This document shows, piece by piece, positions 59,801 through 64,000 of a DNA stretch of 64,000 bases (position 1 is its first letter; each line of letters opens with the position of its first letter). The stretch is from Isurus oxyrinchus (taxonomy: Eukaryota). The notes below the pieces were generated by a model that saw only the letters and a program-made list of their open reading frames with translations, had not been told where the DNA came from and made no database searches. The translations under genes were made by a program, and so were the position numbers. The DNA is taken from assembly GCA_026770705.1 (NCBI GenBank), contig JANJGN010000007.1, forward strand, positions 109,616,001 through 109,680,000, given 5' to 3'.

Positions 59801-62800
59801 GGAGCCAAACAGGGAACAGGCAATTTTGGATTTAATATTGTGCAATGAGAATGAGTTGATTAATAGACTTATATGGACCTTTGGGGAAGAGTGGCCATAA
59901 AATAATAGAATTTTATATTGAGTTTGAAAATGATTTACTTGAAACTGAAACTAGGGTCTTAAATTTTAAAATAAACTATGTAGACTAAGATAAATTGGGA
60001 AACTACATTAAAAGTTATCACGGGGACAAACATTTCAAGTAAAAAGACATAGTTTGCAACAATTATAAATTCCTTTAAGACACAAAAAAAACCAAAGAAA
60101 AAGTGTTTCAACCATGGTTAACAAGAGGAGTTAAGAATAAGAAAAGATCAAAAGAAGAAAGTTACAATGTTGCAAATGAGCAGTAAGCCTGAGAATTGGA
60201 AAAGTATTAATATTCAGAAAAGGAGGACCAAGAAATTGTTAAAAGAGATGAAGAAAAAAAAAGTCTAACAAATTTGATTGAATTTTTCAAGGAGGTGACT
60301 AGTTGTGTAGATGACGGTAGTGCAGTTGCTGTCGTCTACATGGAATTTAGTAATGCTTTTGACAAGGTCCCGCATGGGATAATGGTCAAGGAGGTTAAGA
60401 GCCCATGGGATCCAGTCAATTTGGCAAATTGGATCCAAAATTGGCTTAGTGGCAGGAGGCAGAGGGTGTTGGTCGATGGTTGTTTTTGTGATTGGAAACC
60501 TGTGACAAGTGGTGTACTGCAGGAATTGGTACTGGGACCCTCGTTGTTTGTAGTGTGCATTAATGATTTAGACATGAATATAGGAGGCATGATCAGTAAG
60601 CTCACAGCTGACACAAAAATTGGTGGTGTCGTAAATAGTGAGGAGGAAAGCCTAAGATTACAGGAGAATATAGATGGGCTGATAACATAGTCAGAACAGT
60701 GGCAAATGGAATTTAATCCAGAGAAGTGTAAGGTGATGCATTTTGGGAGGATTAACATGGCAAAGGAATACACAATGAATGGTAGGACCCTAGGAATTAG
60801 AGAGAATCAGATGGATCTTAGTGTACATGTCAATTGATCCCTAAAGGCAGCAGCACAGATAGAAAAAGTGGTTAAGAAGGGATATGGGATACTTGCCTTT
60901 ATTAGCCGAGGCATAGAATATAAGAGCAGGGAGGATATATGGGAGTTGTATAAAACACTAGTTAGAGTACCGTGTGCAGTTCTGGCCACACCTATAGGAA
61001 GGATGTGATTGCACTGGAAAGGGTGCAGAGGAGGTTCACCAGGATGTTGCCTGGGCAGGAGCGTTTCAACTGGGTCAGCTAGGGTTGTTTTCCTTAAAGC
61101 AGAGAAGGCTGAGGGGGGGAACATTATGGGAGGCATAGAAAAGGTATAAAGGAAAAAGCTTTTCCTCTTAGCAGAGTTGTCAATAACTAGGGGACATAGA
61201 TTTAAGGCAAGGGGCAGAAGGTTTCGAGGGGATTTGAGCACTCAAAATGCCATAGTGTACAGGGCTATGGGCCAAGTGCTGGGAAGAGAGATTAGAATAG
61301 ATAGGTGATTGCTGGCCAGCAGAAACATGATGGGCCGAAGGACCTGTTTCTGTGCTGTATAACTCTATGACTAAATTCATAAAAACCGATTGTGGTTTTT
61401 TTCTATATATATATAAATTGAAAGAAATTAGTTAAAGTAAATGTGGGCCCATATGAGGCAGAGAAAAGTGAAATTATAATGGGGAATAAGGAAATAGTAG
61501 AGATATTACACAGATATTTTGTATCTGCTTCATGGTGGAAAAAATATTCTGCAAATAATGACCTACCAAATGTCTAGCAAAAATGAGGAACGTGAAAATC
61601 AGTATGAGTAGAAAAATAGTACTGGAGAAATTAATGGGACTAAGGTGACAAATCCCTGGACCTGCATCCTGGGTTTTAATGGAGGAAGCTGCAAGTGATA
61701 ATGGATGAATTTTGATCATCCAGAATTCCTTAGATTTTAAAACAATTCTGAAGGAGTGGAAGGTAGCAAACATAAACCCAACTATTTGATAAATGAGAAA
61801 GCTGGGGATCATGAGCCAGATATTCTAACATCATTAGCAGGCAGAATGGAGAATCTATTGTTTGGGGCATGGTAACAAGGCACTTAGAAAATCATAATAT
61901 GATTAAGCAGAGTCAACATGGATTTGGGAAAGGAACCTGATGTTTAATAAATCTGTTAAAAGTTTTTGAGGATGTGACTAGGAAATGGATAAAGGGTAGA
62001 TAGTGTATTTAGACTTTCGAAAAGCATTCAACAAGGTGCTGCACAGGAGGTTATTAAACAAAATTAGGACTCATAGGATTTGTGGTAATATAATAGCATA
62101 GTTGGAGAGAAACCAAAAAGAGTAGGACATTTTTGGTTTGACAGGCTGCAGTTAGCAGGGTACCACAAGGATCAATACTTGGACCTCAGCTTTTTACAAT
62201 CTATATTGGTAACTTAGATAAGGGGACTGAGTGCAATGTAGCCAAATTTGCTTGTGATACAAAGTTAGATGGAGAAGTAAGCCACGAGGAGAATGTAAAA
62301 AGGCTCAGAGAAACATAGACAAGTTGGGTGAGTGGACAAGAGCAAGGCAGATGAAACATAAATATGGTGAAGGTGAAGTTGCACACCTTGGTAAAAAAAA
62401 GAAAAGCAGAATAGTTTTTTGAATGGTGAGAGGCTGGGAAGATGTTTCATTTCAGGGGGACCTGGGTGTTCTTGTACAAGAATCACAAAGTTAACACACG
62501 AGTGCAGCAAGCAATTAGGAAGGCCAATGATGTGTTAAGTTTTGTGGCAAAGGGACTAGAGCATAATAGTAAAATAAGTCTTACTACAATTATACAGGGC
62601 ATTGGTGAGACCACACCTGGAGTATTGTGTGCCGTTTTGGTGCCTATACTTAAAGAAGGAGCTACTTGCCCTGGAGGGAGTGCCACAGGGGTTCAGAAAA
62701 AGATGAGGGAATTGTCCAATGAGGAGAGGCTGAGTAGGCTTGCCCAATGTTTCCTAGAGTTTAGAAAAATGTGAGTTGATCTAACTGAAACCTGTAAAAT

Positions 62801-63029
62801 AATTTCAAAAGAGGCTTGATAGAGTAGAAGGAGTTTCCCCTGCCTGGGGAATCTAGATCAAGGGGTGGCAGTCTTAAAATAAAGATCGACCATTTTAAGA
62901 CTGAAATGGGGAGAAATTTCTTCACTCAAAGGATTATGAATCTTTGGAATTATCTACCCCAGAGGGCGGTGGACGCTCAGTCATTGATTATATTAATACA
63001 GGGATCAATAGATTGGGTACTTGGGGAAT

Positions 63030-63136
63030 GAAGGGATATCGGGACCGGGACGGAAGGGATATCGGGACCGGGACGGAAGGGATATTGGGACCGGGACGGA
63101 AAGGATATTGAGACAGGAATGGAAGGGATATTGGAA
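63030..63136 (+). repeat. 23-bp minisatellite GAAGGGATATCGGGACCGGGACG, ~4.6 copies, inside a CR1 tail
   Basis: Units start at 63030, 63053, 63076, 63099 and 63122; the paralog at 27817-27880 has ~2.8 degenerate units. Confidence 0.9.
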
Positions 63137-64000
63137 CAGTGCGTGAAGTTGGCGTAAAATGTCAGTCAAGATCTAGCTGAAAGGCGATGCAGGCTGGAAG
63201 GGTCAAATAGCCTCCCCCAGCTACTACTTCTTACCTTATCTTAGGTTCTTAACAACGACCAGATAAGCCATTCGTAAACTCCATTTTCCAGTATATCTAT
63301 GCTGTAAATAATTTGCATTTAGCAATTTGAAGCAATAACTAAACAATAGCTTGGTGCTGTGGGCTAAAGGCGAGTCGTTGGGTAGAAACTGAAGTTGTCA
63401 TTCTCTATCTTTCCTGTTTTATCGTAAATTCAAAACATCTGGAATGTTGAAGAAAACGACTAGATAAAAGACGTTGCACTCTGCATTTACGACGGCAGGT
63501 AGATGAAGAGCCATCTAACTTCAGGCTAGTGACAGCATTTTTAAACTACACCAAACATTCCAATTTACAATGGAATTCAGAAATGCTGGTTGTTAGCTCA
63601 GGTCATAAATTCTAAGGGACAATGTGCATCACAAATTAAATCCCAAGGCTAATCTCTGTTCAAACGACAAATAAAGATTCATCTCAGAATCAGACCTTGA
63701 ATTTTCTTACCCAGTTATTAGTTGGCGCATCTATTCATTCATGCGCATCAAGGTTGAAGTGAACGGTTGGGTTTAAACCCACTGAATTGTCTGTGAACAA
63801 CTTGGCAAGAACATACATTTGACACGGAGTTGAATAAGTTTTAACATTTAAATACTATTACTTTACAGGGATAGAAGAGTTTGTTATCTAGATTTGGGAT
63901 TAATCTAATGGGTATTTCACTCGGACCAGAGGAAGAGCCAGCGGGCCAGATGTGGCAGACGAGTCCTTGTAACACTCTCTCCATGGGGAGATGTGTCCTG

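Larger units (their letters stand above)
39250..64000 (+). repeat. Segmental duplication unit B, continuing beyond the window end
   Basis: Shares the Tx1/Harbinger junction, nested CR1 insertions and exon order with unit A. Confidence 0.93.

Overview
Repeat-rich vertebrate genomic DNA. The CR1/HER1-type LINEs, HE1-like and SacSINE1-like SINEs, Penelope-like elements, Tx1 LINEs and Harbinger remnants point to a cartilaginous fish (shark); this is an inference. The main content is a tandemly duplicated (~36-38 kb unit) minus-strand immunoglobulin-superfamily receptor locus. Copy A can be assembled by hand as five exons with GT-AG, all phase-1 introns: leader 31328-31274, VJ-type V domain 31005-30700, C1-set domain 20647-20351, transmembrane 16164-16045 and cytoplasmic tail 7251-7046. 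The CDS is 984 nt (327 aa). It encodes a non-rearranging, germline-joined VJ-C1-TM receptor with an NKp30-like V/J end, an uncharged TM, a Cys-rich juxtamembrane cluster and a Tyr-free tail. Copy B (about 39.2 kb to beyond the window end) keeps an intact TM exon but has no C1 exon at the collinear position, and its tail exon has two premature stops. Its leader and V exons are predicted just past base 64000. Young Penelope-like insertions, including a ~2.1 kb near-perfect palindrome and three ~0.2 kb mini-elements, carry target-site duplications and minimal hammerhead ribozymes with a non-canonical CUGUCGA core. Repeat boundaries are approximate and read by eye; no database searches were run.
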